Part shown: piece by piece, positions 1 to 10,321 of the stretch
Layout of the letters: each line of letters starts with the position of its first letter
Numbering within the stretch: the first letter of the stretch is position 1
From: Gekko japonicus
Lineage: Eukaryota
Reading direction: 5' to 3'
NCBI RefSeq assembly: GCF_001447785.1
Contig: NW_015175396.1
Location: forward strand, 165,947-229,946
Length of the DNA stretch: 64,000 bases
The notes under the pieces: model-generated
Seen by the model: only the letters and a program-made list of their open reading frames with translations
Told to the model about the DNA's origin: nothing
Database searches by the model: none
Position numbers and translations under genes: made by a program

Positions 1-466
1 GCCTCTCATGCTCTAGGAGTGTCATCCTCCACGAGGCAACAATATCACCCTCGCACCTGGTCTAGGCCCTGACAAAGATGCACCCCAACTTGCCAGTCTC
101 CTGACAGGCAATGGAGACCACGTACGACTTCGGGTGGTCAAAGACCCGCCTTTCAAAAGCCTAAGTTTGGAACTCGACAACAGCCCTCCCGCACCAAACA
201 AGCAAAGTCCTGCAAGCAGGGCTTTTGACTTCCCACCTATCAAGTCAGGTCAAACCCGTCTGTCACCCTTCCTTCACGCCTGGCGTCACATCACCTTGGA
301 TAGGATGAATGGGTGCTGTCCATCGTGACCCAAGGCTACCATATCCAATTCCACCAGCACCCCATTACTCCAGTCGTCATCACCACACCCCCTTCCCCAC
401 CTCTCCTAGACGAGGTGTTCGTCCTTCTGCAAAAGGGAGCTATCGAGCGGGTACCACCACACCTCC

Positions 467-2220
467 ATGGGACGGGATGGAGGCATTCGACCCATATTAG
501 ATCTAAGGGAGCTGAACTGTTATGTCACCTACCACCGCTTCCGCATGGTGTCCTTGCAGCAGATTATGCCACTTCTCCGGAAAAATGTCTGGATGGCCAC
601 CCTTGACCTCCAAGACGCGTACTTTCACCTCACCATCCACCCCTCCCACCTCAAATACCTACGCTTCGCAATTGGTCAACAGCATTACCAATATGCAGCC
701 CTACCATTCGGCCTTTCAAGCGCCCCAAGAGTCTTCACAAAGACTATGATTGTGGTGGCGGCCTTCCTCCGTCTCAAGGGTATCTCCATCTACCCATACA
801 TCGACGATTGGCTCTTGGTAGCATCCTCCAAGGACACTCTGGTCTCAAACATCAACGAGACAATGGTACTCTTGGAAAACCTGGGCCTGCAAGTCAATCT
901 GCAAAAGTCTCAACTCCAACCGCTCCAGAAAATACAGTACATCGGTGCTCTACTGGATTCCAAGACATGCATGGCTTACCTGCCACAAAACAGAGCGGCA
1001 GACATCATCCACCTAGCCACCGTTGTCCGTACCCATCCCTTTGTCACGGCCTTCCAGACACAGAGGCTACTCGGCCTTCAGGGCCGGCTCGCTTACTAGG
1101 CGAACTAGGCATTCGCCTAGAGCGCCCTGGCCCTTAGGGGCGCCAAACTGCACCCACTACCTGCCCAAAGCACCCCTGCTGGCTCTGACGGGGGGTGCAT
1201 GGGGGGGCGCCAGAAGGGATCCTCGCCTAGGGTGCAAAATATGCTGGGGCCGGCCCTGTCGGCCTTATGGCCGCAACTACGTCGGTCCTGGTCTTCGCAA
1301 AACTAAAAATGTGCCACCTCCAACTGTGGTTTATCTGCAACTTCAATACAACAAAAAACGCACCTACCACCGTCCTAACCCCCCCCCCCCAAATATACGA
1401 GAGTCTTTACTTTGGTGAACTGTCCCTTCCAATCTTTTCCAGGGAGCACCCGTCCATCCTCCGTCACCCGAAATCACCCTAACAATGGATGCTTCCCTGA
1501 CGGGCTGGAGTGCCCACATGATGGGCCTCTGTGTTGGAGGCAAATGGAACGCGCAGAAGAGGAAGCAGCACATAAACTTCCTAGAACTCCTTGCAATACA
1601 GTATGCTGTCACCAGCTTCCTACCTATGATCAAAGGGAAATGTGTCACGGTCCTCACGGACAACACTACTGCACTCTCTTATGTCAACAAGCAAGGGGGC
1701 ACTGTCTCCCTACGCCTCTGCAACCTTGCCATCCACTTGTGGAACCTTTGCATCGCCCACAATGTTTTCCTCATAGCCATACACATCCCTGGACACATGA
1801 ACGTGCAGGCAGACCGTCTAAGTCGAGCAGGACTTAGCCTTCACAAGTGGGAGATGAACCCAACCTCCTCCTCCCACTCTTCCGCAGGTGGGGAGTTCCC
1901 CAAGTCGATGTTTTTGCCACCAGAGCCAACAAAAAATGTCCTTTGTTCTGCAGTCGAGGCGGCAGGGATCTGTCCGTGGTCCACAGGCCTTTTTTACCTT
2001 TTCCCTCCACTACCCCTGCTTCTGACAGTGGTTCGCAAAATCATCAGAGATGGAGCGCACTGCATCTTAATAACCCCGTGGTGGCCGAGACAACCATGGT
2101 TCTTGACCGTCCTCGAATTGTCAGCAGAGGTCTACCATCAATTCCCTCTGGCACAGGACCTCCTCTTCCTGTCCTACTCTCCTCTCCTGTACCACGACGT
2201 GCCACGGATGAAGTTAACTG
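467..2220 (+). pseudogene. DIRS pol (RT-RNaseH-methyltransferase), disrupted by a MITE and frameshifts
   Basis: ORFs 467-1099, 1267-1482, 1485-2258 and 1847- carry successive domains; removing the MITE restores ...QRLLGL-MAATTSV in frame. Confidence 0.88.
1079..1258. mobile_element. hAT-type MITE inside DIRS pol
   Basis: TIR CAGGGCCGGC/GCCGGCCCTG; perfect 8-bp TSD TCGGCCTT at 1071-1078 and 1259-1266. Confidence 0.9.
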
Positions 2221-2229
2221 CCTGGAGGA

Positions 2230-3231
2230 TGCCGTCAACACCTTTTCCACCCGCGTAGCTAACATTTTATTAAACGCAAGAAAGCCTACTACGCGAAAGT
2301 CCTACCATTACAAATGGCAAAGGTTCTGTTCCTCCTTGGGTGATGATGCTCCTCGAGCCACCTCCATGGGTCTCGAGAAAGTTTTCCAATTCCTCCTGTC
2401 CCTCGCTGACTCGGGACTCTCTCACTCCTCGTTAAGAGTTTATTTGGCCGCACTTTCGGCCTACCATGTTCAAGTTGACAGATGCACACTGTTTTCACAT
2501 CCGCTTTCAAAACGTTTTTTAAAAGGTTTATTGCATCTCTGCCCTCCTGTCAAAACTCCTGTCGTTCCCTGGGACCTTCCTCTAGTTCTTCGTCAGCTCA
2601 CGAGGAAACCCTTTGAGCCACTCGCAACTTGCAACATGAAATTCCTGTCGTGGAAGACGGCCTTTCTGGTTGCTGTCACCTCTGCGAGGCAAGTTGGAGA
2701 AATACTGGCTTTCAGACACGACACGCCTTGTCCTTTTTGCCAGACGGTGTCCGCCTCGTCCCTGACATCTCGTTCCTGCCAAAGGTAGTGTCAGAGTTCC
2801 ACCTACAGGCAGAGGTCTTCCTCCCAGATTTCCTCTCAGCTCCTACATCCTCAGAGGACAGACTGTTACACACCTTAGATGTGAAACGTGCGCTCCTGTT
2901 CTACCTGAACAGAACCCGTCCAGCGAGGTGTGACTCCCAACTGTTCATCTCATACGCACCAGCAAGGCTGGGGACTCGCATCACAGCTCAGCTACCTGAT
3001 TGCCTCTGCTACCTGATTGCCAAACAGCCATTGCCTGGCCCAATCAGGGCCCATTCTACTTGAGCTGTTGCGGCTTCCACTGACTTTCTCCAGGGAGTTC
3101 CCCTAACGGACATATGCAAAGCCACTACGTGGGCCATGCCTAATACCTTCATAAGGCACTACACCCTAGACATCCGTAAGAACTCTAATACAGATATGGG
3201 ACATCACATTCTATCTTCGGCTACGCAGTAA
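2230..3231 (+). pseudogene. DIRS tyrosine recombinase, frameshifted, with catalytic HSTR arginine changed to TGA (3061-3063)
   Basis: ARKPTTRKSYHYKWQRF...WDLPLVL...PFEPL...KTAFLVAVTSAR...LDVKRAL...AHST*A...W...TFIRHY, stop at 3229-3231. Confidence 0.88.
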
Positions 3232-3313
3232 GGACCTGCCAGCACCCTCCTCCAGGTAGGCTACTGCTCGCTAATCTCTCATGGGTGTGAAGCACAGAGA
3301 CCACGTCGAAGAT

Positions 3314-3641
3314 AAACAGGTTGCATACCTGTAACTGGTGATCTTCGAGTGGTCATCTGTGTATTCACACCACCCACCCTCCTTCCCCGCTGCTGTCAGC
3401 TTCTACCTTTTCCATAGGGGTTGATTCGCTGCAGTTTGAAGGAACTGGCGGGATGTCTGCGCCCTCCCCTCTGGGCATGCGCGGTGGGGTTCCTGCGCAT
3501 GCCCAAGGTCTGGGCGCGAAAATCCGTTAAAGAGCTTGCTACAATGCCGATCGATCCAGCGCGTGCACACTGAAACCAATGGGTGTGAATGCACAGATGA
3601 CCACTCAAAGATCACCAGTTACAGGTAAGCAACCTGTTTTT
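3314..3641. repeat. DIRS internal complementary region (3314-3370) and right terminal repeat (3583-3639), ~57-bp inverted pair
   Basis: AAACAGGTTGCATACCTGTAACTGGTGATCTTCGAGTGGTCATCTGTGTATTCACAC matches the reverse complement of 3583-3639 with 3 mismatches. Confidence 0.9.
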
Positions 3642-5130
3642 CTCTTCCTGTCCCCCAGTGCCCCTGCTAGGGAGGGTCCACTTCTCACCAAGATTTGGGA
3701 GGACAAGTTCAGGTGCATTCTGGCTGCACCATTCTGGCATGGTTTCTGTCCTGAAGCCACTATCTACCTCTTCCCATGATGTCAGACCTGCTCTGTATAG
3801 GGCTTCTCCTGCACCACGATGTCCAGTCCCTGCACCCAATGGCCTGGTTGATAACAATATCACCAGAGTGGTGGGATAGAGTGGCAAAGGTGTTAGTGTC
3901 CTCCAGGCACCCCTCGAGAAGGAAATCTTATGCTGCAAAATGGTCCAGGTTTTCCTCCTGGGCGGCTGCCCGCAGCTTCCCCTGAATCCTGCCAGCTGAA
4001 TTATATTTTTGAATACTTATTGCACATGAAAGATAGTGGCCTGGCTGTTACCTCCATCAAGGCCGATCTTTCAGCCATTTCAGCATTCCACAATCCCGTT
4101 GCAGGTTTTTCTGTTTTTTCAGCCCCAATTTCCAAGAAGTTCCTCAATGTTTATTTAATTTACACCTTCTGATGCCCCCTCCCATCCCCCAATGGTGTCT
4201 TTCATTGATGCTCTCTGCGTTAATGTTCAGGCCCTTTGAACCCCATGCCACATGCGACTTGTCCTTCCTCTCCTATGGTAGCCCTTCTTCTGGCAATCAC
4301 CTCCACCTGAAGGGTACGAGAACTCAGGGCTTTGCAGTCTTCCCTGCCCTTTACCAGGTTTCACTCTGCTCAGGTCATTCTTTGCCCTAGTCTGGAGTTC
4401 CTCCTGAATATTTTGTCCACCTTCCACATTTCCCAGAACATAGTTCTGCCAGTGTTTTCCCCCTCCCCCACATCAGATAAGGAATGAACCCTACACACAT
4501 TAGATGTCCATAGGTCACTACTATTTTATTTAGGAGGAGGACAACCTGCTGGTTTGCTTTGCTGGTTCCCGCAAGGGCCAGGCAGCCTTCTCTCAAACCA
4601 TATCACACTGGGTTGTCAAAGTCATCCAATTAGCATACTCTGCCTCCACGGTCCATTGGCCACTCCATCTCAGGGTTCACTTGGCCAGGTCTCAATCCTC
4701 CTCTTCAGCCTTTTTTGGCAACGGACATCCCCTTGGACAGCATTGGCAAGGCAGCCACCAGGTCCTCCCTATCGACATTCATCAAGCACTATGCAGTTGA
4801 TGTCAATTCCAGACCCGATGTAGCTGTGGGGAAAGCAGTTCTTCAGTTCTTATTTTGGTGAGGATCCCACTTCCACCTCCTACTGGTAAGTCAACTTAAG
4901 AACATAAGAACATAAGAGATGCCAATGTTGGATCAGGCCAAAGGCCCATCCAGTCCAACACTCTGTATCACACAGTGGCCAGAAATACCAGGTGCCATCA
5001 GGAGGTCCTCCCCTGTGGAACTATACAGAAGCCACGAAGATGAAAGCAAGGTTGCACTTACCTGTAACTATTGTTCGTCGAATGGTCTTCTGTGCAAGTA
5101 TACATCTGTCCCTCCTTTCCCCGCTGTGCG
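3642..5130 (+). mobile_element. Older, degenerate DIRS remnant (methyltransferase C-terminus, YR, ICR)
   Basis: Fragments CILAAPFW, RRKSYAAKWSRF, FEYLLHMKDSGLAVTSIK, PQWCLSLML..PFEP; ICR-like GCAAGGTTGCACTTACCTGTAACT at ~5046-5070. Confidence 0.78.
4897..5008 (-). mobile_element. CR1 LINE 3' end, short and 5'-truncated
   Basis: Reverse complement ends in (TTCTTATG)n; appears identical to 33590-33701. Confidence 0.85.
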
Positions 5131-6373
5131 ATCCTTACACTCCTGAGGTCCTTCCACGGCAATGCAAAGGGACAGGGGTAAGGGGCTGTGTACCAGGCCC
5201 ATGTTAGATCCTGCTTAGGTATCCTTGAAGCACTTACTGGGATTTTGGTTTGGCTTCATAAGAATTCGTGGAACCCAGTCTCTCCCTTTTCACTGTTTCT
5301 GGGACGGAAGGGGGGCCCATCATCAAAGTGTTTGTGAGGACTATGAGCCCCGCCCATACTTTGCCTCTTGCGTTGTACTTCTGTGGATGGAACAGCTTCC
5401 GTGACACTGGTGTTGAACATGGGAGGGAGCAAGTCAGGTCAGTGGTGCAGGTCAAAGGACTCCTCCTTTGCTGTCTCCCACTTGCTTTTCCTCTCCACGC
5501 TTTCCTGTGTGTGTTCTCTGTTGTCAATTATATTTCGTATGCAGATTGTGCATTTTATATTAAGGAAGTTTGGAATGGCACAACAACAGCAAGAAAGAGC
5601 TGAGAAACAAAAGGAAAAGAAACTGTAGCAGATTTAGAAGGGGGGAAAATTGGCTCGTGCAGCTGTTTCCTTCATTTCCCTAACGAACTGTTAGATAGCC
5701 TTTCTTAGAATGTTTTCTTTGCTTAATAAAAAGCTCAGTTTGATGAATTCATTTTGATAGTTACTACCACAGTCCAGAAATGTTTGGTGCCTTTTAGATT
5801 CAGATGTCATCTGTATTAGATTGCGCCTGCAGCTTGGGTGAACAATAACTCAAGAAAGAAGTACTTTATTTTTATGTGGTGTTGTAAGTTTAGCTTTCTC
5901 AGCATGACCGGGCCCATCCTGTAGTTTTGCTTGACAAACTCGATGGCTAGTCAGGGATGTAGCAAAGGGCTTTTACTGTCCTTAATGACCTGGAATACCT
6001 CTAGCTTTGGAAATGTGACACCCCTGAGAGCCATGGGGAGGGAGGGACAAAGGCAGCTAGAATGCAGTGCAGTGTGGATCTGGAGAGGCAGAGGTGAGGA
6101 TTTTCAGCTGGTCTAGAAGCTGGGGAAGTTTCAGGGGTCCTTACAATGGCTGTCTGAGTATCTGACGCAGGATTAGCAGCTGTGCTGTCTCCTGGTGGAA
6201 TGTGCTTCCTTCCCGAAATCTCTGCTTGTTTGTACATCAACAAATGTTACAAATAAAACATAAGGATTTAGAGTTGGAGGGAAACTAAGCCTTGTAGTGA
6301 AGTCTGTCAACTTCTTGCTTCTTGAGTGGGAATGTTTATTGTTTTACAGCAGTGTCTTAGTTTTTATCCTCCC

Positions 6374-6430
6374 TGTTGTTATTGTTGTTGTTGTTGTTGT
6401 TGTTGTTGTCGTCGTCATCATCATCATCAT
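6374..6430. repeat. (GTT)n/(ATC)n compound microsatellite
   Basis: Direct reading. Confidence 0.85.
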
Positions 6431-6657
6431 TTATAGTCTGCTTTTCTCACTGGGACTGAAGGCAGATTACAAATATAAGAAATAGTCAATAGGGAAGCAA
6501 ATTACAGAACAGCAACAAAATAATGGTAAAACAGAATAATGGATTGGGGCTGGACAAACTGATAAAATAATGCGATGGGACTGGAAGTGAGGAACTGTTG
6601 TCTAAGGCCACAAAACAATCAATGTAGGAAAAGGCTATCCCTTATAGAAGTCACTTC

Positions 6658-6862
6658 CAATGCTCCCTCTAAGCTGTGGAGTCTTGTGAGCAAAAAGTCT
6701 ACTTTGTGAGCTACTTGCATTAAAGTTATGAGTGAGCAATTTGGCTACTGCATAAATTAGTTTGCTCTGGAGCCATCCTTCCTGAGCTAAGACAAAAAAT
6801 GTGTGAGCCAGAGGCTAAAAAACTGAGCTAGCTCACACTAACTCAGCTTAGAGGGAACACTG
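6658..6862. mobile_element. hAT-type MITE
   Basis: 19-bp TIR CAATGCTCCCTCTAAGCTG versus reverse complement CAGTGTTCCCTCTAAGCTG; perfect TSD GTCACTTC at 6650-6657 and 6863-6870. Confidence 0.88.
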
Positions 6863-6914
6863 GTCACTTCCTGAACTGATCCTCAGGGATCTGTATTGGA
6901 CTGGTACTTTTCTA

Positions 6915-8198
6915 CCTATTTATAAATGAACTTTGAGTTAGGGGTGAGTAGTGAGGTGGCCCCGTTTGTGGATGACACCAAATTATTTAGGGTAATTCAG
7001 GGAAAAAATGAATTGTGAAATGCTCCAGAAGAATCTGTCCAAACTGGGGGAATGGGCATGAAAATGGCAAATGAGATTCAGTGTGAGCAAGTGTAAAGTG
7101 ATTCATATTGGTGTAGATAATCCCAACTTGACATTATACACTGATGGGATCTGAGCTGGCAGTGACAGAGCAAGAAACTGATCTTGGGGTGGTAGTGGAT
7201 AGCTCAGTGAAAATGTTGACCCAGGATGCACTGATGTGAAAAAGGCAAATTTTATGCTGGCCATGATAAGAGCAGGAATAGAGAATAAAACTGCTTTTAT
7301 ACTATCCTTATATAAATTTGTGGTGAGAGCACACGTGGAATACTGTGTACATTTTTGGCCGCTGCATCTGGAAAGCAGCTGGCCTATGAGGATCCATTAA
7401 AATGCTTGGGGCTGTTTAGCTTATAAAAAAGGCAAGTAAGGCAAGACATAGAGATTTATGAAATTCTGCATGGTGTGGAAAGGGTGGTCAAGGAGAAACT
7501 TTTATCTCCCATAATTAGGCTTGCCAAGTCCCCCCGGGGGGCAGGGAAACCCCCGCCCCAGAGGCCCGTTCCCCGCCGCCGGTAGATCGGGCCCCGGGGG
7601 GAACCCCACCCCCACGTGCACATCACCAGGAAGTGACATGACGACGCCGGGCACGCTGGGGGCTCTATGGTTTTCCCTCGGACAGTCGTGGCCCCGCCCC
7701 CAGCGTGCCCGGCATCATCACGTCACTTCCTGGTGATGTGCATGCAGTACGTGCGCGCTTAAGCCGCAATCTGGGAGTCCCCCGCTGCGGCGATTTTTTC
7801 ACTTGGCAACCCTACCCATAATACTAGAACCTGGGGCCGTCCACTGAAGCCGAAGCATGAGAGATTCAGGGCAGACAACAGAAAGTACTTCTTCACACAG
7901 TGCATAGTTAAATTGTGGAACTCACTGCCACAGGATGTGGTCAAGGCCAACTTGGAAGGCTTCAAAAGGGGAGTGAACAAATTCATGGAGGATGGGGCAA
8001 TCAATTGCTGCCAGTCAGGATGGATAGCTACTTGCTCCAGTACAAGAGGCAGTATGCCTGGGAGCGTGGGCAGGAGGATGCTGTTGCAGTCGTCCTGTTT
8101 GTGGGCTTCCTAGAGGCAGCTGGTCGGCCACTGTGTGAACAAAATGCTGAACTAGATGGGCCTTTGGTCTGATCCAGCATGATTCTTCTTATGTTCCA
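6915..8198 (+). mobile_element. CR1 LINE 3' fragment (decayed RT C-terminus and 3' UTR)
   Basis: FIN..LGVSSEV..FVDDTKLF, W..KWQMRFSVSKCKV, WNSLPQDVV..LEGFKRG; ends TTCTTATGTTC. Confidence 0.85.
7516..7814. mobile_element. hAT (Blackjack-like, TAGGGTTGCC) GC-rich MITE inside CR1
   Basis: TIR TAGGCTTGCCAAGT/ACTTGGCAACCCTA; perfect TSD CCCATAAT at 7508-7515 and 7815-7822; internal inverted repeat. Confidence 0.88.
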
Positions 8199-8361
8199 TT
8201 ATACTTGTTAGTATGAGGAGAAACAATGTGAAACTTGGGGTTTGCTATGGGGTGCATCATCCCTTTTACCTGTACAACAGGCTTTTGGGCACTTCCAAAT
8301 AGACTTTACTGAGTTGGGGGGCCTGCGCACTCCAGGGTATACAGATCCTCTGATTGCCTGT

Positions 8362-8482
8362 GGTGTGTTGTGTGTGTTAAGTGCTGTCGAGTTGTTTGCA
8401 ACTTATGGTGACCCTATGAACTAACATTCTCCAAAACACCCTATCATTAGCAGCCATTCTCAGGCCCTTCTTAGGTCTTCCC
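8362..8482 (-). mobile_element. RTE LINE 3' tail fragment
   Basis: Reverse complement resembles the 3' end of the RTE at 11030-11085; similar tails at ~31590-31740 and ~59633-59920. Confidence 0.65.
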
Positions 8483-9626
8483 TGTGGTAGAGAAGCTGTG
8501 GGCTGCATATCAGATTTTAAAATTCAGACCAAGCTGCAGCAAACAGAAAATGGCAAACCTTGTTTAAGCTCTCTAGAGAAAATAGTTGCTAACAATATAT
8601 ACTCCGTTTAATTAGAAGAAAAGGCAAAGGTATAGAATGCCAATTTTATCAACCACATGAAGGAACTGTGTAAACTACATTACTCAAACCCTCTTTGGAG
8701 AATAAAGCAGAGTCTTCTGGGTAATTTGCTGTAGAATTCAATGGCCAGCTTTCATAGTTCTACTGTTGGTGAGTAGGAAGAAAGAAGATAAAGGAGGATG
8801 TTCTTTTTAAATTTCTTTTTGCTCTACCTCTGCTGACTGAAAGAAGCAGAAATCACTTGGGACTGGTGAGTGAATTGCTTGAATTAAAATGCATTTTTTT
8901 TCTTGCATCTAATGAAGTGGGAGAGTTTATTCTGAAATAAAATAAGAGTTCGCAATTCAGTACTAATAAATGACTCTTTAAGATGCTACAGGACTCTTGC
9001 TTCATCTGCTGCAGCAAAACCAAGGCTGCTACCACTTCTGAATTTTTTCATGGCACTATTTGTATGGAAATAATTATTTAGCATTTATATAATGCTGTTG
9101 ACTGTTCAAAGACTGTAGCAACTATCAGACCATTGCATTAATTTCTCATGCGGGAAAAGTGATGTTCAGAATCTTATAACAAAGACTGCTACCATATATG
9201 GAACGAGAAATGCCAGATGTTCAAGATGGATTCAGAAAAAGAAGAGGCACTAGAGATCATATTGCAAATTTACGTTGGTTACTGGAGCATGTGAGAGAAT
9301 TTCAAAAGAAAATCAGCTTGTGTTCCGTAGATTACAGCAAAGTTTTTGACTGTGTGGATCATGAAAAGCTATGGTTGGTTTTAAAAGAAATGAGTGTGCC
9401 ACAGCATCTGATTGTTTGATGTGCAGCCTGTAATCCAGACAAGAGGCTACTGTTCAGACAGAATATGGAGAAACAGAATGGTTTTCACTCGGCAAAGTTG
9501 TCAGACAAGGATGTATTTTATCTCTCCATCTTTTCAATCTCTGTGCAAAACATATCATAAGGAAAGCTGGATTAGGTTTAAGTGAAGGTGGAATGAAAAT
9601 TGGTGGAAGGATTATTAACAATTTGA

Positions 9627-10321
9627 ACCAGGTTTGAGTCCAGAGACACCTTTAAGACCAATGAAGTTTAATTCTGGGTATAAACTTTTGTGTGCATTTT
9701 TAAAGGTGCCACTGGACTCAAACTTTGTTCTCCCTCTGAGGTGGAGGACATCTTGTGGGTGATTCCCATCCATCACTTAGGGAGGCAGGACTAATTTCAA
9801 TTACTTCCTGTTTCCTGTAGTGGGAGTCACCCTAGGCTCAGTTCTGGTGCTCCAAAAGCAATGCAGTAACTTAACCACTGTAAAAAAGAGAACTTGAACA
9901 CCAACAAGAGTATAGCCAAATCACAGACATTGGAACAGGAAGAAAAAGGTGAGTCCTCTCTCGCATGTAATCTTATTATTATTTTTAAATAGAGTGTGAA
10001 AGAACAGCATAGTAGATAGAGGAAATGACGACCCGGGAGGGCCGAGATGTCCTCCAAGCCTCAGAGGAGAAGGACCCTTCACGGTGAGTAACCAATGGTC
10101 GTTCTCCCTCTGAGGTGGAGGACATCTTGTGGGACCTCCCAGAGCAGTGTCCCTAATTTCGGGAGGGAAGGTCATCATCGAGAGACAGGACAGATTGAAG
10201 AACCCATCTCCCAAAAGGCTGCAAGATGTCCTCCAAGCCTCAGAGGAGAAGGACCCTTCACGGTAAGTAACCAGTGGCTGTTCTGTTGCTTCAGACCAAC
10301 ATGGCTACCCACCCGACTCTT
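9627..10321. mobile_element. Penelope-like (pLTR) fragment with inverted arms, inserted in the RTE
   Basis: 12-bp TSD TTAACAATTTGA at 9615-9626 and 10322-10333; arms match the GAGTCCAGTGGCACCTTTAAGACC family. Confidence 0.75.
9727..10279 (-). mobile_element. Non-autonomous mini-DIRS (553 bp) with A..BA..B repeats
   Basis: A1 9727-9759 equals A2 10101-10133; B1 10045-10100 matches B2 10224-10279 at 52/56; minus strand carries a YR C-terminal remnant AAF(G)RWVLQSVL; GTTCT core at both ends and at the B1/A2 junction. Confidence 0.78.

Larger units (their letters stand above)
1..3641 (+). mobile_element. DIRS1-like tyrosine-recombinase retrotransposon (5' part outside window, decayed)
   Basis: RT (LDLQDAYFH, LPFGLSSAPRVF, YIDDWL), RNase H (DASLTGW, INFLELLA, TDNTTA, NVQADRLSR), methyltransferase-like domain (DVFA, FPP, PWWPRQPWF), YR (TSAR, HST*, FIRHY), then ICR and right terminal repeat. 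Confidence 0.93.

Noticed and set aside
467-3231. RT + RNase H + methyltransferase + tyrosine recombinase as a novel prokaryote-like defence or integration system
   Set aside because: This is the standard domain set of DIRS1-like retrotransposons, confirmed by the ICR and terminal repeat, and the copy is disabled.
9727-10279. CRISPR-like repeat-spacer array or LTR/TRIM element
   Set aside because: Only two alternating repeat types, no TG..CA ends or PBS, and a YR remnant supports a DIRS origin.
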